A stretch of DNA of 64,000 nucleotides from Thermotogota bacterium (GTDB taxonomy: Bacteria; Hydrothermota; Hydrothermia; LBFQ01). Every line of letters starts with the position of its first letter. Within the stretch, counting starts at the first letter, position 1. The stretch is from positions 7,107 through 71,106 of the forward strand of contig JAADCS010000139.1 in the NCBI GenBank assembly GCA_013154295.1, read 5' to 3'. Below, piece by piece: positions 42,042-51,907 of this stretch. The notes beneath the pieces were generated by a model. It ran no database searches. It worked only from the letters and a program-made list of their open reading frames with translations, and was not told the DNA's origin. Made by a program: the position numbers and the translations under genes.

Positions 42042-43622
42042 ATGTTATGGATGGTCATTTTAGGGCAGTTTCCCCCTAAACATGTGGCCGTGGGCGATTG
42101 GCTTATGCTCCACGGTAGCACGGGGCACAACGGTTTTGGAGCCTTGCGAGGCCGGATAAGTGGGTGGAGTACCAAGTACACCGCTACACTTTGTACCGGG
42201 GAATCCCAACCGGTAGTAGGTGATGTAAATGCCGACGGTTTTCCAGAGATCGTGTTCAGCTGTTACGGTTCCGGTGTATATGCCTTAAGGGGTACAACCG
42301 GTAGTACGCTGTGGTACAACGGAAGTGCCGGCGGAGGATCGTGGGGAGCTCCAGCCGCTGCTGACCTCATACCCTCCATCCCAGGTCTTGAGGTGGTGGT
42401 TTGCAATTCAACCAGGACCTACCTCCTACGTGGAACGGATGGATCGGTGATTTGGACCGCAAACCACGGATGTGGCACGAGAGCTGGTGCTCCAGCGGTG
42501 GCTCATGAAGGCTCCGACACGTTAATCTTGGTCAATCAGGACGGTACCCTCTACGCCTTGCAGGCTTCTACCGGCACGGTGGTATGGTCGGCTTCTACCG
42601 GATCAAGTACTCTCATAGGGATAGCCAAATCCCCGGCCGTCAACGACATAGACGGCGATGGTGATTTGGACGTGGTCGTAGCCGGCAATGGAACCGTATA
42701 TGCGTACGATTTCCATACCGGAACAACCCTCTGGACGCGAAGCGTAGGCACGCGATACTACACGAGAACGCCCGCTACACTTGTAGATCTTACCGGCGAT
42801 TGCGTGGATGAGGTGATAGTTTCCACCGATAACGGTTACATATACGCTCTCAACGGAAGCGACGGAAGTACCCTTTGGAGATATTACCTGGGCAGTCAGA
42901 TGTCCTGCGGTCCAATATCGACGGCTGACCTGAACGGTGACAGCATAAACGACGTTGTGGTGGGCCATCTTAGAAGTTGTAACTGTGGGACACCGGGAGG
43001 TGTAACGGTGATAAACGGGACCAGTGGCACCGCTCTCTGGTCCAATACGTTCACCGGTCCCAACATGACCCACGGCGGAGGAAGGGTAATATCTGACTTT
43101 GACAGCGATGGCCGATTGGAGATAGCTGTGGTACCCTATTGGAGTTCCTATATGTGTTTTGGGGATGGGAGGTTCAGAATGTTCAGCAATGCAGGTTCTT
43201 TGGAGTGGACGGCCTCCAATATCGTGGGTGAAGGTTCCTCCTTTGCGGATGTGGATGGGGATGGTTGTAGCGAAATTCTGGTTCTGCCTTCTGCTGGAAG
43301 AAATCTCTTGGTGGTCGTGGATAACGATCTCGTTTCCGACTGTGGAGCCTATCCCTATAACGACACCTGTGCCCTCCTGGGGTCGGAAGGCGATCTGTCC
43401 ATCTCCGAGGGTGAGCTGCCCTACCTCCTAACGGAGGTGATAGCCAAGAGGGGAGGTGTCAAAATTAGAACCAACGCTGAAAGCGTTTTGGAGATATACA
43501 AACCCAACGGACGTCTCGTCCTAAAACGTGAAGTGCTACCCGGTGTTAGTTTTATTCCTTTGAAGGCCGGAACTTACATCGTTTTCCTCAACAGGAGGAG
43601 CTTCACGATCCTCATCCGATAA
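42042..43622 (+). CDS. Secreted FG-GAP/PQQ-like beta-propeller protein with T9SS-like CTD (paralog of 1-1524)
   Basis: GDVNADGFPEIV, DIDGDGDLDVVV, GTDGSVIW repeats; CTD IYKPNGRLV...LKAGTYIV...ILIR. Confidence 0.8.
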   Translation: MLWMVILGQFPPKHVAVGDWLMLHGSTGHNGFGALRGRISGWSTKYTATLCTGESQPVVGDVNADGFPEIVFSCYGSGVYALRGTTGSTLWYNGSAGGGSWGAPAAADLIPSIPGLEVVVCNSTRTYLLRGTDGSVIWTANHGCGTRAGAPAVAHEGSDTLILVNQDGTLYALQASTGTVVWSASTGSSTLIGIAKSPAVNDIDGDGDLDVVVAGNGTVYAYDFHTGTTLWTRSVGTRYYTRTPATLVDLTGDCVDEVIVSTDNGYIYALNGSDGSTLWRYYLGSQMSCGPISTADLNGDSINDVVVGHLRSCNCGTPGGVTVINGTSGTALWSNTFTGPNMTHGGGRVISDFDSDGRLEIAVVPYWSSYMCFGDGRFRMFSNAGSLEWTASNIVGEGSSFADVDGDGCSEILVLPSAGRNLLVVVDNDLVSDCGAYPYNDTCALLGSEGDLSISEGELPYLLTEVIAKRGGVKIRTNAESVLEIYKPNGRLVLKREVLPGVSFIPLKAGTYIVFLNRRSFTILIR

Positions 43623-43679
43623 TATATGTTCTAAAATAGGCGGTCTCCGGTCGTGGGGCCGCCTATAAAATATCTCTCT

Positions 43680-44066
43680 ATGAAAGTGCCGGAGGATCTT
43701 CTCTATACTAAAGAGCACGAGTGGGTTAAACTTGAAGGGGACGTGGCTATCGTCGGAATCACCGACTATGCTCAGGATCAGTTGGGTGACATAATCTACG
43801 TGGAACTACCGGAAGTGGGTAGGAAGGTAAAGAGGATGGAAACGGTGGCTACCGTGGAAGCCGTCAAAACCGCGGCCGACGTTTACTCTCCGCTTAGCGG
43901 TGAGGTGGTGGAAATAAACGCCGAACTAAATGATCATCCGGAGCTACTCAATCAGGATCCCTATGGCAAAGGATGGATGTTCAAACTGAAGATCGAAAAT
44001 CCGGAGGAGGTTAAAGCTCTACTTTCGCCTGAGGAGTACCAAAAGCTCATAGAAGGGACGGGATGA
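43680..44066 (+). CDS. gcvH: Glycine cleavage system H protein
   Basis: YTKEHEWV, GITDYAQDQLGDI, VEAVKTAAD (lipoyl Lys), DPYGKGW. Confidence 0.95.
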   Translation: MKVPEDLLYTKEHEWVKLEGDVAIVGITDYAQDQLGDIIYVELPEVGRKVKRMETVATVEAVKTAADVYSPLSGEVVEINAELNDHPELLNQDPYGKGWMFKLKIENPEEVKALLSPEEYQKLIEGTG

Positions 44067-45376
44067 GATACCTAACCTTAAGTGACGAAGAACGTCAAGA
44101 GATGCTTCGGGCTTTGGGTTTCTCCTCGCAGGAGGAGCTCATGAGAGAGGCAGTGGGAAACGTGCCGTTCATGAAAGTCCCCAAGATCCCTTTCCTATCC
44201 GAAAGTGACCTCTACGACCACATTCTATCCTTGGTCTCCCAAAACGCTTGGAATTTGAAGATATTTGCCGGCGGTGGTGCATACGACGTTTATACACCTT
44301 CGGTGGTCAATCATATACTCCTTCGGAACGAGTTTTATACTGCTTACACACCTTATCAGCCAGAAGTTTCCCAAGGAACGTTGCAGGTTATGTACGAGTT
44401 CCAGAGTTTAATGGCCCATTTGTCCGCTATGGAAGTTTCCAACTCCTCCATGTACGACGGGGGCACAGCTCTGGCCGAGGCTGTACTCATGGCTTTCCGT
44501 CTTAAAAAAAAGTACAAGGTTTTACTACCTAAGTCTCTCAATCCCCTTTACAGGAGGGTCATACGTACTTACCTTCCTGATTTCGCTGAGGTATCCGAGT
44601 ACGACTTCACATCCTCCGGTGAGGTAGATATTCCTCATCTAATATCCCTTGTGGATGACAGAACGGCCGCCGTCGTAGTGCAGTCGCCCAACTATTTCGG
44701 TATCTTGGAAAATCTACGTTCCATATCCAGCGCTGTTAAGGAGAGAAACGTGCTTCTTCTAACCCACTACGACCCTGTGGCTGTGGCCATAACTGTACCA
44801 CCTGGAGAGGTAGGTGCGGACATTGGTACGGCAGAAGGGCAGGTTTTGGGGTTACCTTTGGGCTTCGGTGGTCCCTATGTCGGCATAATGGTTTCGTGGA
44901 AGAGGTATATTCGCCAGATGCCAGGTCGTATAGTGGCCGAGACCACTGACAACAGAGGACGTAGAGGATTCGTGACCACCCTTCAAGCTCGCGAGCAGCA
45001 TATTCGCCGAGCCAAAGCCACCTCCAACATATGCACCAACAATCAGCTGGTAGCATTAGCTGTGGCCGTTTACACGGTACTTTTGGGAAGGGAAGGTCTT
45101 ATAAAACGGGCCAAAACTACCTTCTCGAAGACCCAATACTTCCTTGAGAATCTGCCCAAACATTACGAACCGGCCTTCAAAGGAGTACATTTCAGAGAGG
45201 TAACCGTAAAAACGCCTATGCCGGCAGCGAAAGTGATGGAAGCTTTGGTAGAGGAAGGTTTCTTAGTGGGACCGGTGGTAAAGGATTTGGGTGAGAATTA
45301 TCTCCTTATGGCTTTCACCGATAGGTACAGTAAAGAGGATATAGATGCCCTTTTGAAAGTCCTCTCAAGGATCTGA
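44063..45376 (+). CDS. gcvPA: Glycine dehydrogenase subunit 1
   Basis: EFYTAYTPYQPEVSQGTLQ, SMYDGGTALAEA, GFGGPY, REQHIRRAKATSNICTN. Confidence 0.93.
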   Translation: MRYLTLSDEERQEMLRALGFSSQEELMREAVGNVPFMKVPKIPFLSESDLYDHILSLVSQNAWNLKIFAGGGAYDVYTPSVVNHILLRNEFYTAYTPYQPEVSQGTLQVMYEFQSLMAHLSAMEVSNSSMYDGGTALAEAVLMAFRLKKKYKVLLPKSLNPLYRRVIRTYLPDFAEVSEYDFTSSGEVDIPHLISLVDDRTAAVVVQSPNYFGILENLRSISSAVKERNVLLLTHYDPVAVAITVPPGEVGADIGTAEGQVLGLPLGFGGPYVGIMVSWKRYIRQMPGRIVAETTDNRGRRGFVTTLQAREQHIRRAKATSNICTNNQLVALAVAVYTVLLGREGLIKRAKTTFSKTQYFLENLPKHYEPAFKGVHFREVTVKTPMPAAKVMEALVEEGFLVGPVVKDLGENYLLMAFTDRYSKEDIDALLKVLSRI

Positions 45377-45377
45377 G

Positions 45378-46721
45378 ATGTTCTATCGCCGCCTTCTGAC
45401 GGTCTTAGGTCCCGTCCTTTTCCTATTTTCTTTGCTTTTACCCGTAGATCCGAAGATGGCGGCGACGGTGGGTGCAGTTCTCTGGATGGGTGCGTGGTGG
45501 ATAGGTGAGGTGATACCTTTGGCCATAACGGCTCTACTACCGTTAGTTTTGGCTCCGATTTTCGGTGTCATGCCGGCCAAAGAGATAGCGCCTAACTACG
45601 CCAAGTCTCCTGTCTTCCTCTTTTTAGGTGGTTTTCTCTTGGCTATAGGGTTACAAAAATACAACCTGCATCGTTTTCTCGCCCATCGCATCCTAAGGAT
45701 CTTTGGAAACTCCGAAATAGGCCTCTTCTTGGGAGTTTCATTGGCCACCTACCTGCTCTCTATGTGGATAAGCAACACCTCATCAGCTCTGATAATGATT
45801 CCTCTGATACTCTCCTTAGAAGCGGGGGCTCTAACCACAGCCCTTGCCTTCGGTGTAGCATACTCGGCCACCATAGGGGGTATAGCTACGCTGGTTGGCA
45901 CTCCGCCAAACATAATGTATGCGGGAGTGCTGCGTTCGTATGATATAAACGTCTCCTTCACCGACTGGATGGTCTTTGGCCTCCCTTACTCCCTTTTTTT
46001 GGAGCTCCTCTTCCTGATCATAACTGTTAGATGGTTCCGCCTGGGGAAACGTCGGGTGAAGGTTAAGGTCGAAGAGATAAAAGTGGATACCAGAGGTAGA
46101 TTGGTTCTCATCATTTTCCTAATAACCGTTACCCTTTGGCTTACGAGGTCGGGATTGAATTTGGGTGAGGTGAAAGTTCCAGGTTGGTCCTCCTTTGTAT
46201 CTGGCGGTGATGATTCTACCGTAGCCATATTGTCTTCAATACTTCTGTTTCTCTTTGGGCTTATAGACTGGAGGGATACGAAGGACGTACCTTGGAATGC
46301 TTTGCTCCTCTTCGGTGGGGGGTTTGCCCTTTCACACATGATTGTAAAGAGCGGGCTATCGGAGGCCATAACGGAGGCCCTTAGAGGGTTTGCCCATTTA
46401 CATCCCATGTTAGTGGTGGGGGCTTGGGCCATAGTGACGTTGGTGTTGACGGAGTTTGCGTCTAACACGTCCATTTCGGCTGTCCTCATACCTCTGGCTT
46501 TCTCCTTCGCTATGGGTGTAGGTTTAGACCCCAAAGCCCTGGCTGCGGTAGTGGCCGTTGCGGCATCAGGAGCTTTCATGCTTCCGGTTGCTACACCTCC
46601 GAACATGTTAGTCTACTCGTTTGAGTTGGTAAAACTCAAGGATATGATCAAGTTGGGCCTGGTGATGAACGTTTTGGCCTATCTTTTGGCTGTGTTTTTA
46701 GCCTATCGCCTCGCCCCTTAG
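45378..46721 (+). CDS. SLC13/DASS sodium:dicarboxylate or sulfate symporter
   Basis: FLFLGGF, SMWISNT, GTPPN, LTEFASNT, FMLPVATPPN. Confidence 0.9.
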   Translation: MFYRRLLTVLGPVLFLFSLLLPVDPKMAATVGAVLWMGAWWIGEVIPLAITALLPLVLAPIFGVMPAKEIAPNYAKSPVFLFLGGFLLAIGLQKYNLHRFLAHRILRIFGNSEIGLFLGVSLATYLLSMWISNTSSALIMIPLILSLEAGALTTALAFGVAYSATIGGIATLVGTPPNIMYAGVLRSYDINVSFTDWMVFGLPYSLFLELLFLIITVRWFRLGKRRVKVKVEEIKVDTRGRLVLIIFLITVTLWLTRSGLNLGEVKVPGWSSFVSGGDDSTVAILSSILLFLFGLIDWRDTKDVPWNALLLFGGGFALSHMIVKSGLSEAITEALRGFAHLHPMLVVGAWAIVTLVLTEFASNTSISAVLIPLAFSFAMGVGLDPKALAAVVAVAASGAFMLPVATPPNMLVYSFELVKLKDMIKLGLVMNVLAYLLAVFLAYRLAP

Positions 46722-46751
46722 AGCTGTCGGGCCACCCTTAGAATCATCACC

Positions 46752-47654
46752 ATGCTGGAAGGAACCTGGTATCTTGAAAAACATACGGAGGATCTCCTGT
46801 TTCTCCACAAAATTAAGCGACACATCTATCACGGCAAGACAGCCTACCAGAAGGTGGACATAGTTGAGGTGGAGGTTTTCGGTAAGGCCTTGTTCTTGGA
46901 CGGAAAGATCCAGTCGGCACAGATAGATGAGGCTATCTATCACGAAGCACTGGTGCATCCAGCCATGCTAACCCATCCCGATCCTAAGAAAGTTATAATC
47001 TTAGGAGGCGGGGAGGGTGCCACTCTACGAGAGGCTCTGCGTCATCCGATTGAAAGAGCCACCATGGTGGATATAGACGAACAGTTGGTGAAACTCTGCG
47101 AGGCCTACCTACCGGAATGGCACGCCGGCGCCTTCTACGACGAGCGGAGCAAACTGATATTTGCGGATGCTCGTTCCTTCTTAGAGAACAGCGATGAAAC
47201 CTATGATGTGGTTATAAGCGATCTCACCGAACCTTTGGAGGGCGGCCCCTCCGTGATGCTGTTTACCAAGGAGTTCTATACGACGGTATACAAGAGACTC
47301 TCCGAAGATGGGGTTTTGGTGGTTCAGTCAGCCAGCGCCGATCCCTATTACAACCAGTTCGTGCGGGACGTTTATGTCACCTTGAAGGAGATTTTTCCTG
47401 TGGTGAGGGTCTATCACGCACCTATATTCTCCTTCCAGATGGATTGGGCTTTTACCTTAGCTTCTAAGGGTAGAGATCCTAAACACATTCCACTTCAGGA
47501 GATCGAACGTAGGATCTCTGATTTCGCCTCGTCCCTGTTCTTTTACACACCCCAACTTCACGGTGCTCTTTTTGAGCTTCCGAAGTTCCTGCAGGATGCT
47601 CTCTCTTCTGGGAGGGTGATAACCGATGAAAATCCACCGATTTGGACCGCTTGA
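46752..47654 (+). CDS. speE: Polyamine aminopropyltransferase (copy 1)
   Basis: LDGKIQS, YHEALVHPAM, ILGGGEGATLRE, DLTEP. Confidence 0.9.
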   Translation: MLEGTWYLEKHTEDLLFLHKIKRHIYHGKTAYQKVDIVEVEVFGKALFLDGKIQSAQIDEAIYHEALVHPAMLTHPDPKKVIILGGGEGATLREALRHPIERATMVDIDEQLVKLCEAYLPEWHAGAFYDERSKLIFADARSFLENSDETYDVVISDLTEPLEGGPSVMLFTKEFYTTVYKRLSEDGVLVVQSASADPYYNQFVRDVYVTLKEIFPVVRVYHAPIFSFQMDWAFTLASKGRDPKHIPLQEIERRISDFASSLFFYTPQLHGALFELPKFLQDALSSGRVITDENPPIWTA

Positions 47655-48129
47655 CCTTAGGGAGAAAGTGCGTTTCCGATTAGGTGCGGGTGTGGGCAAA
47701 GCCCACGAGTACATATTAGCCTTTGACAGGGCTTTAAGGAAGGCGGGATTCGCGGATTATAACCTGTTGAAAGTCTCCTCCGTTCTACCTCCCGGATCCT
47801 CACCGGCCGATAAGGTGGATCTTCCCAAGGGTTACTTGCTCCCTATAGCCTACGGTGAAAAAGTAAGTAACGTGCCGGGTGAGAGAGTTGGAGCCGCTGT
47901 CGCTGTGGCTATACCCAAAGATACCAGCAAAATAGGCATAATCATGGAGGTAACCGGTCCGGAGCCAGCCTACGTTTTGATAGCCAGAGCCGAAGATCTG
48001 GCCCGCCAGGCTCTGTTGGATAGGGGTATAGAGGTGGATAGGATTTTGAGTTCGGGTGTAGACGCGAAGGTTGAGGAGGGATTCGTGTGTGCCTTCGCGG
48101 GGGTTGCATTATGGAGAAGCCCAAGTTAG
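47626..48129 (+). CDS. Pyruvoyl-dependent arginine decarboxylase
   Basis: AFDRALRKAGFADYNLLKVSSVLPP (Ser-Ser autocleavage site). Confidence 0.85.
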   Translation: MKIHRFGPLDLREKVRFRLGAGVGKAHEYILAFDRALRKAGFADYNLLKVSSVLPPGSSPADKVDLPKGYLLPIAYGEKVSNVPGERVGAAVAVAIPKDTSKIGIIMEVTGPEPAYVLIARAEDLARQALLDRGIEVDRILSSGVDAKVEEGFVCAFAGVALWRSPS

Positions 48130-48923
48130 AATTCAAAGAGGAGCATAGGGCCGGCAGCGGCCTTTATATACGGGTGGACGAAATCCTTTTCAGCGGAAGG
48201 TCGGAGTTTCAGGATATCCTGATTTTCCGCAACGAACACTGGGGGGTGGTCTTCGTTTTGGACGGTCTGGTGATGATGACCGAGCGGGATGAGTACTTCT
48301 ACCACGAAGCGTTAGTTCACCCGGCTATGATGGTTACAAAACATACGCGCGAGGTCCTTCTTATCGGGGGTGGAGATGGAGGTAGTGTCCGTGAGTTGCT
48401 CAAGTATTCGCCGAGAGAGGTGGTGGTAGCCGAGATTGATGAGAAGGTGGTTGAGGTTTCCCGTAGATTTTTAAGTACAGGTCGCTTTTTAAATGATCCA
48501 CGCGTTAAGGTTGAGATAACGGACGGTGCCAAAAAAGTGAAGGAAAAGCGTCTCTACGACGTTATAATCGTGGATTCTACCGATCCCGTCGGTCCGGCTA
48601 AGGTTCTCTTTGAAGAGGAGTTTCTAAAAGATCTGGCCAACTCCTTAAAGGAAGGAGGTGTGGTGGGTATGCAGGTGGGATCACCTCTCCTCTACGACGA
48701 GCAAATAAAAAAGACCTACGAGGTTCTAAAACACTTCTTCCGCGACGTGATATTTTACGTATCTTTCACCCCCACCTATCCCTCAGGAATGTGGGGTTTC
48801 TTACTGGCGACGAAGAACGCTTTTAGTTGGCGCAGGGATCCACCTGCTTCAAACCGTTACATCTTAAGCCGCCGGACTGTCTCCGCTCTTATAGATCTTG
48901 GTAATTCCATGTTTAAGCCCTAA
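48111..48923 (+). CDS. speE: Polyamine aminopropyltransferase / spermidine synthase (copy 2)
   Basis: SEFQDI, LDGLVMMTERDEYFYHE, IGGGDGG, DSTDPVGPA, PTYPSGMW. Confidence 0.9.
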   Translation: MEKPKLEFKEEHRAGSGLYIRVDEILFSGRSEFQDILIFRNEHWGVVFVLDGLVMMTERDEYFYHEALVHPAMMVTKHTREVLLIGGGDGGSVRELLKYSPREVVVAEIDEKVVEVSRRFLSTGRFLNDPRVKVEITDGAKKVKEKRLYDVIIVDSTDPVGPAKVLFEEEFLKDLANSLKEGGVVGMQVGSPLLYDEQIKKTYEVLKHFFRDVIFYVSFTPTYPSGMWGFLLATKNAFSWRRDPPASNRYILSRRTVSALIDLGNSMFKP

Positions 48924-49447
48924 AAGAGCTTTCTCCCCCAGGCCCAACCGATATGAAAACCTACGGTGGGATAGGATACATAAGGTGCGGGGCTTTCTCC
49001 CTCTTTTAGGGGTACAGTTTGGGAGACTACAGGGTAGAGAAAGCTCAAGCCTACATACGTCCTAAGCTTCTTTATAAAGGTCAAACGTAGATTGTAGAAC
49101 CCACCAACACCGTAGGTGTAGGCCCCGGTACTGTACTCGTAGGTTTCACTGTAGTTGCCCATGTTTTTGGTATAGGTGCCGGTGTTATGCACGCACAGGT
49201 AGGAAGCTATGGCTCCCAACTCGTGGTTCTTAAAAATAAGGGATCCCTTAATTCGAAACCAATTATCGGGGCAGGTGCCAGCCGTTTGGATGTTGGGATA
49301 GAGAGAAACCTGAAAGGTAAAGAGCCTAGCAATCATAAGACCACCGTATAAATCGGTTCCTAAAGTTACACTTGCCCGTGGTATCGGAGCTTTGGTTGGT
49401 CCCCCACTGAAACCCATACCGAGCCAAACTCCCCATATGAGACTCAT
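48920..49447 (-). CDS. Hypothetical protein, possible small outer-membrane beta-barrel
   Basis: Alternating aromatic/Gly beta-strand pattern; ends GFHIGWAWGRKLF. Confidence 0.5.
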   Translation of the reverse strand: MSLIWGVWLGMGFSGGPTKAPIPRASVTLGTDLYGGLMIARLFTFQVSLYPNIQTAGTCPDNWFRIKGSLIFKNHELGAIASYLCVHNTGTYTKNMGNYSETYEYSTGAYTYGVGGFYNLRLTFIKKLRTYVGLSFLYPVVSQTVPLKEGESPAPYVSYPTVGFHIGWAWGRKLF

Positions 49448-50025
49448 AGATCACCTCCTACGTTTATACGCGCACACTTCTCGGAGGATACAAACACCGT
49501 TTCAACCTTTACGGTATCAGATCCTAGAACGAGTAGATATTCACCTGGAAGAAGACTATCCACATAGGCAGCATAGATTCTCTCACTCTCAAAGACTTGC
49601 AGACACTTCCCGTTCACCTTCACAGCCACGGGTCTATCCCATGTCAACACATCTACAATGGTGTTCCTTTCGGTGGCGATTGAATCGCAGGAGGGGCATT
49701 CACCGTAGGTGGAAGGGGTGTCGGGTACGATTATGATACCGCATCCTTCGTTTAGGGTACTGACTTCGGATCGGGCGCATCCGCTACCTGTGGGGAGATA
49801 AACCTTGAAGGTGCCGTAGCGAATGGGAGAGTAATAGGACGTTCTGTAAAACGTACGGGTCTTACCGTAGAAGATAGTATCGTTATCTTTTACGATTTTC
49901 AAGGATATAGCCGTGTCGCTTTCAACGTACAAACTACCTACTCTGATGTTCTCGCGATAACGCCTCTCCGTGCATGAGAGTAACACTCCAAAGAGAATGA
50001 TCACCGTACCCCATCGGCGAAACAT
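49444..50025 (-). CDS. Hypothetical lipoprotein
   Basis: MFRRWGTVIILFGVLLSC lipobox; TAAAAT 7 nt before ATG. Confidence 0.6.
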   Translation of the reverse strand: MFRRWGTVIILFGVLLSCTERRYRENIRVGSLYVESDTAISLKIVKDNDTIFYGKTRTFYRTSYYSPIRYGTFKVYLPTGSGCARSEVSTLNEGCGIIIVPDTPSTYGECPSCDSIATERNTIVDVLTWDRPVAVKVNGKCLQVFESERIYAAYVDSLLPGEYLLVLGSDTVKVETVFVSSEKCARINVGGDL

Positions 50026-50035
50026 AGAGTATATT

Positions 50036-51907
50036 TTAACGTTGGAAACCTCCAACTACAAACATCTTTATGCTTCCCAAACTTTTGGCGTAGTATATTC
50101 CAGGTGGCAAGGTCACCTTTATCTTCCCTTTGGCACGTTTCAATAAGCGACCACTCCTATCGTAAAGTTCAACCCTCTCGTTACCGTTTATTCCCACGAT
50201 CGTCACCCTTCTACCTCTGACTTCCACTATCACGTCTCTAACACCGGGTGATCGCTCGTTCAGATTGAGGGTGGGGTCGTAAATCACCGTGTGCCTATCT
50301 AAAACCCAGTTCATGGGGTCAAAGATAAGGGTGTCGGGTCGGTTACGAACTGTGAAGATAAAATGTTGAACGTCTAGGCTATCCCACACCGTGTGTATCT
50401 CGGTCCCCGCCTCTGAAGCGAAGCCCAATTCCAGTGGCATCTTAAAGGTGGGAACCGGCGAAGGTTGAACCTGCTCTATGCGGACCACCACCTTCCAGTT
50501 TTCCGAGCTATCCTGCCAGGTTTTCCAACGTACCTCGTATTCAGGCCACCCGGCCTCATAGACCCACTGGTTGAAGAACCAACTAAGATCCCTACCGGTA
50601 TAGGTTTCAACGTCCTCCACGAAATCGCTGGTTAGAGCGTAGGAACCTTCGTGTTGGTTTCTGTAATAACGCAGTGCCCCGAAGAAGAGCGACGTGTCGT
50701 TACCTAAAATGTAACGGAGCATGTGTAGAACGGCAGCCCCTTTGTTATAGGTATAGACCGAAAGGATGTCCCCTACGGAGGGACCGGGATCGTATACGGG
50801 TTTTCCAGGGTTGGAGGCGTATAGGAAGAAGGTATGCTCTATCACGTTGGTGAAATAGTTTCTGTATCCGAAAATTCCTCCTCGAGTTTCGGCCCAGAGC
50901 ATCTCACAGTATGTAGCGAATCCTTCACCTAACCATACATCCTTGAAGGTACCGTATCCTACCGCGTTTCCCCACCACTGATGGCACAACTCGTGGGCTT
51001 GAACGTAGTTATCGAAGTAGGAAGAGAAGAAAGGCGTAGTTTGATGTTCCATTCCCCCACCGAAGTAGGCCATAACTACACTCTGCTCATACTTCTCATC
51101 GGCGAAGGGATAGGGGCCGAAACGGTCGGAGAAAACCGTAAGCATGGATGTGAGACTCTCTCCCCATCTATAGACGGTATCCAAGGGAGGGACCCACGAG
51201 AGAACGGGGACGGTTAAGGTGTCGTAGGTCCATACCCATCGGTTGGCGGCCAACACCCTGCCTGCTACCGCTATCAGGTATGTGGCTATAGGATGGCCGT
51301 GGGAGTAGTGCCATATCTTGGTACTTCCCGTCGGTACCGTATCTAGCAGAACTCCGTTGGCCAAAACGGTCAGAAGTGGATCGGCTTCAACGTATAACTC
51401 TACCCCCTCTTCCGCCTTCTCGTAGGGTCTGTCATAGGAGGGTGCCCAACATCTAAAGCCGTCGGGGTAGGAGAGAGTAAAGAAGCCATCACTCCGAAAG
51501 TAGAAGCCGCGGGTAAAGGATGGGCAGCCTGTGGAATCGGGACTCCCATGGTAAAATACGGTTAGACTTACACTGTCCCCACTGAGCAGGGGAGAGGGGA
51601 GATAAACGATAAGTACACCCGTATCCCGGCGGAAGGTAGCCAAGGAGGTTCCCACCTTCACACTATCTATCATGTAGCCGTAGAAGTCAAGAGAGATGCT
51701 GTCTAGGGACCATCGGGACACACCCAAAATGGTAGTAGATGCGTACGGGAACCTTCTACCAGCTACGGCAAACTGAAGGATATACCGCCTAACATCTAAA
51801 GGTAAGGTGATCGTGTCTTCCCACATCACCAAAGGAGTGTGGGATGGTTTCCATCCTTCTTTCCACAGATCTGGAACAGAGAAATGAACCACGACATATG
51901 AAAGCAT
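50036..51907 (-). CDS. M1-family zinc aminopeptidase with T9SS-like CTD
   Basis: GGMEH, HELCHQWWG, WLGEGFATY, YNKGAAVLHMLR; CTD LYDRSGRLL...LPPGIYY. Confidence 0.9.
   Translation of the reverse strand: MLSYVVVHFSVPDLWKEGWKPSHTPLVMWEDTITLPLDVRRYILQFAVAGRRFPYASTTILGVSRWSLDSISLDFYGYMIDSVKVGTSLATFRRDTGVLIVYLPSPLLSGDSVSLTVFYHGSPDSTGCPSFTRGFYFRSDGFFTLSYPDGFRCWAPSYDRPYEKAEEGVELYVEADPLLTVLANGVLLDTVPTGSTKIWHYSHGHPIATYLIAVAGRVLAANRWVWTYDTLTVPVLSWVPPLDTVYRWGESLTSMLTVFSDRFGPYPFADEKYEQSVVMAYFGGGMEHQTTPFFSSYFDNYVQAHELCHQWWGNAVGYGTFKDVWLGEGFATYCEMLWAETRGGIFGYRNYFTNVIEHTFFLYASNPGKPVYDPGPSVGDILSVYTYNKGAAVLHMLRYILGNDTSLFFGALRYYRNQHEGSYALTSDFVEDVETYTGRDLSWFFNQWVYEAGWPEYEVRWKTWQDSSENWKVVVRIEQVQPSPVPTFKMPLELGFASEAGTEIHTVWDSLDVQHFIFTVRNRPDTLIFDPMNWVLDRHTVIYDPTLNLNERSPGVRDVIVEVRGRRVTIVGINGNERVELYDRSGRLLKRAKGKIKVTLPPGIYYAKSLGSIKMFVVGGFQR

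Noticed and set aside
49142..49152. GGTTTCACTGT partial arm match (also TGGTTTCAC near 27030)
   Set aside because: Inside coding sequence with no partner arm at the expected distance; probably chance.
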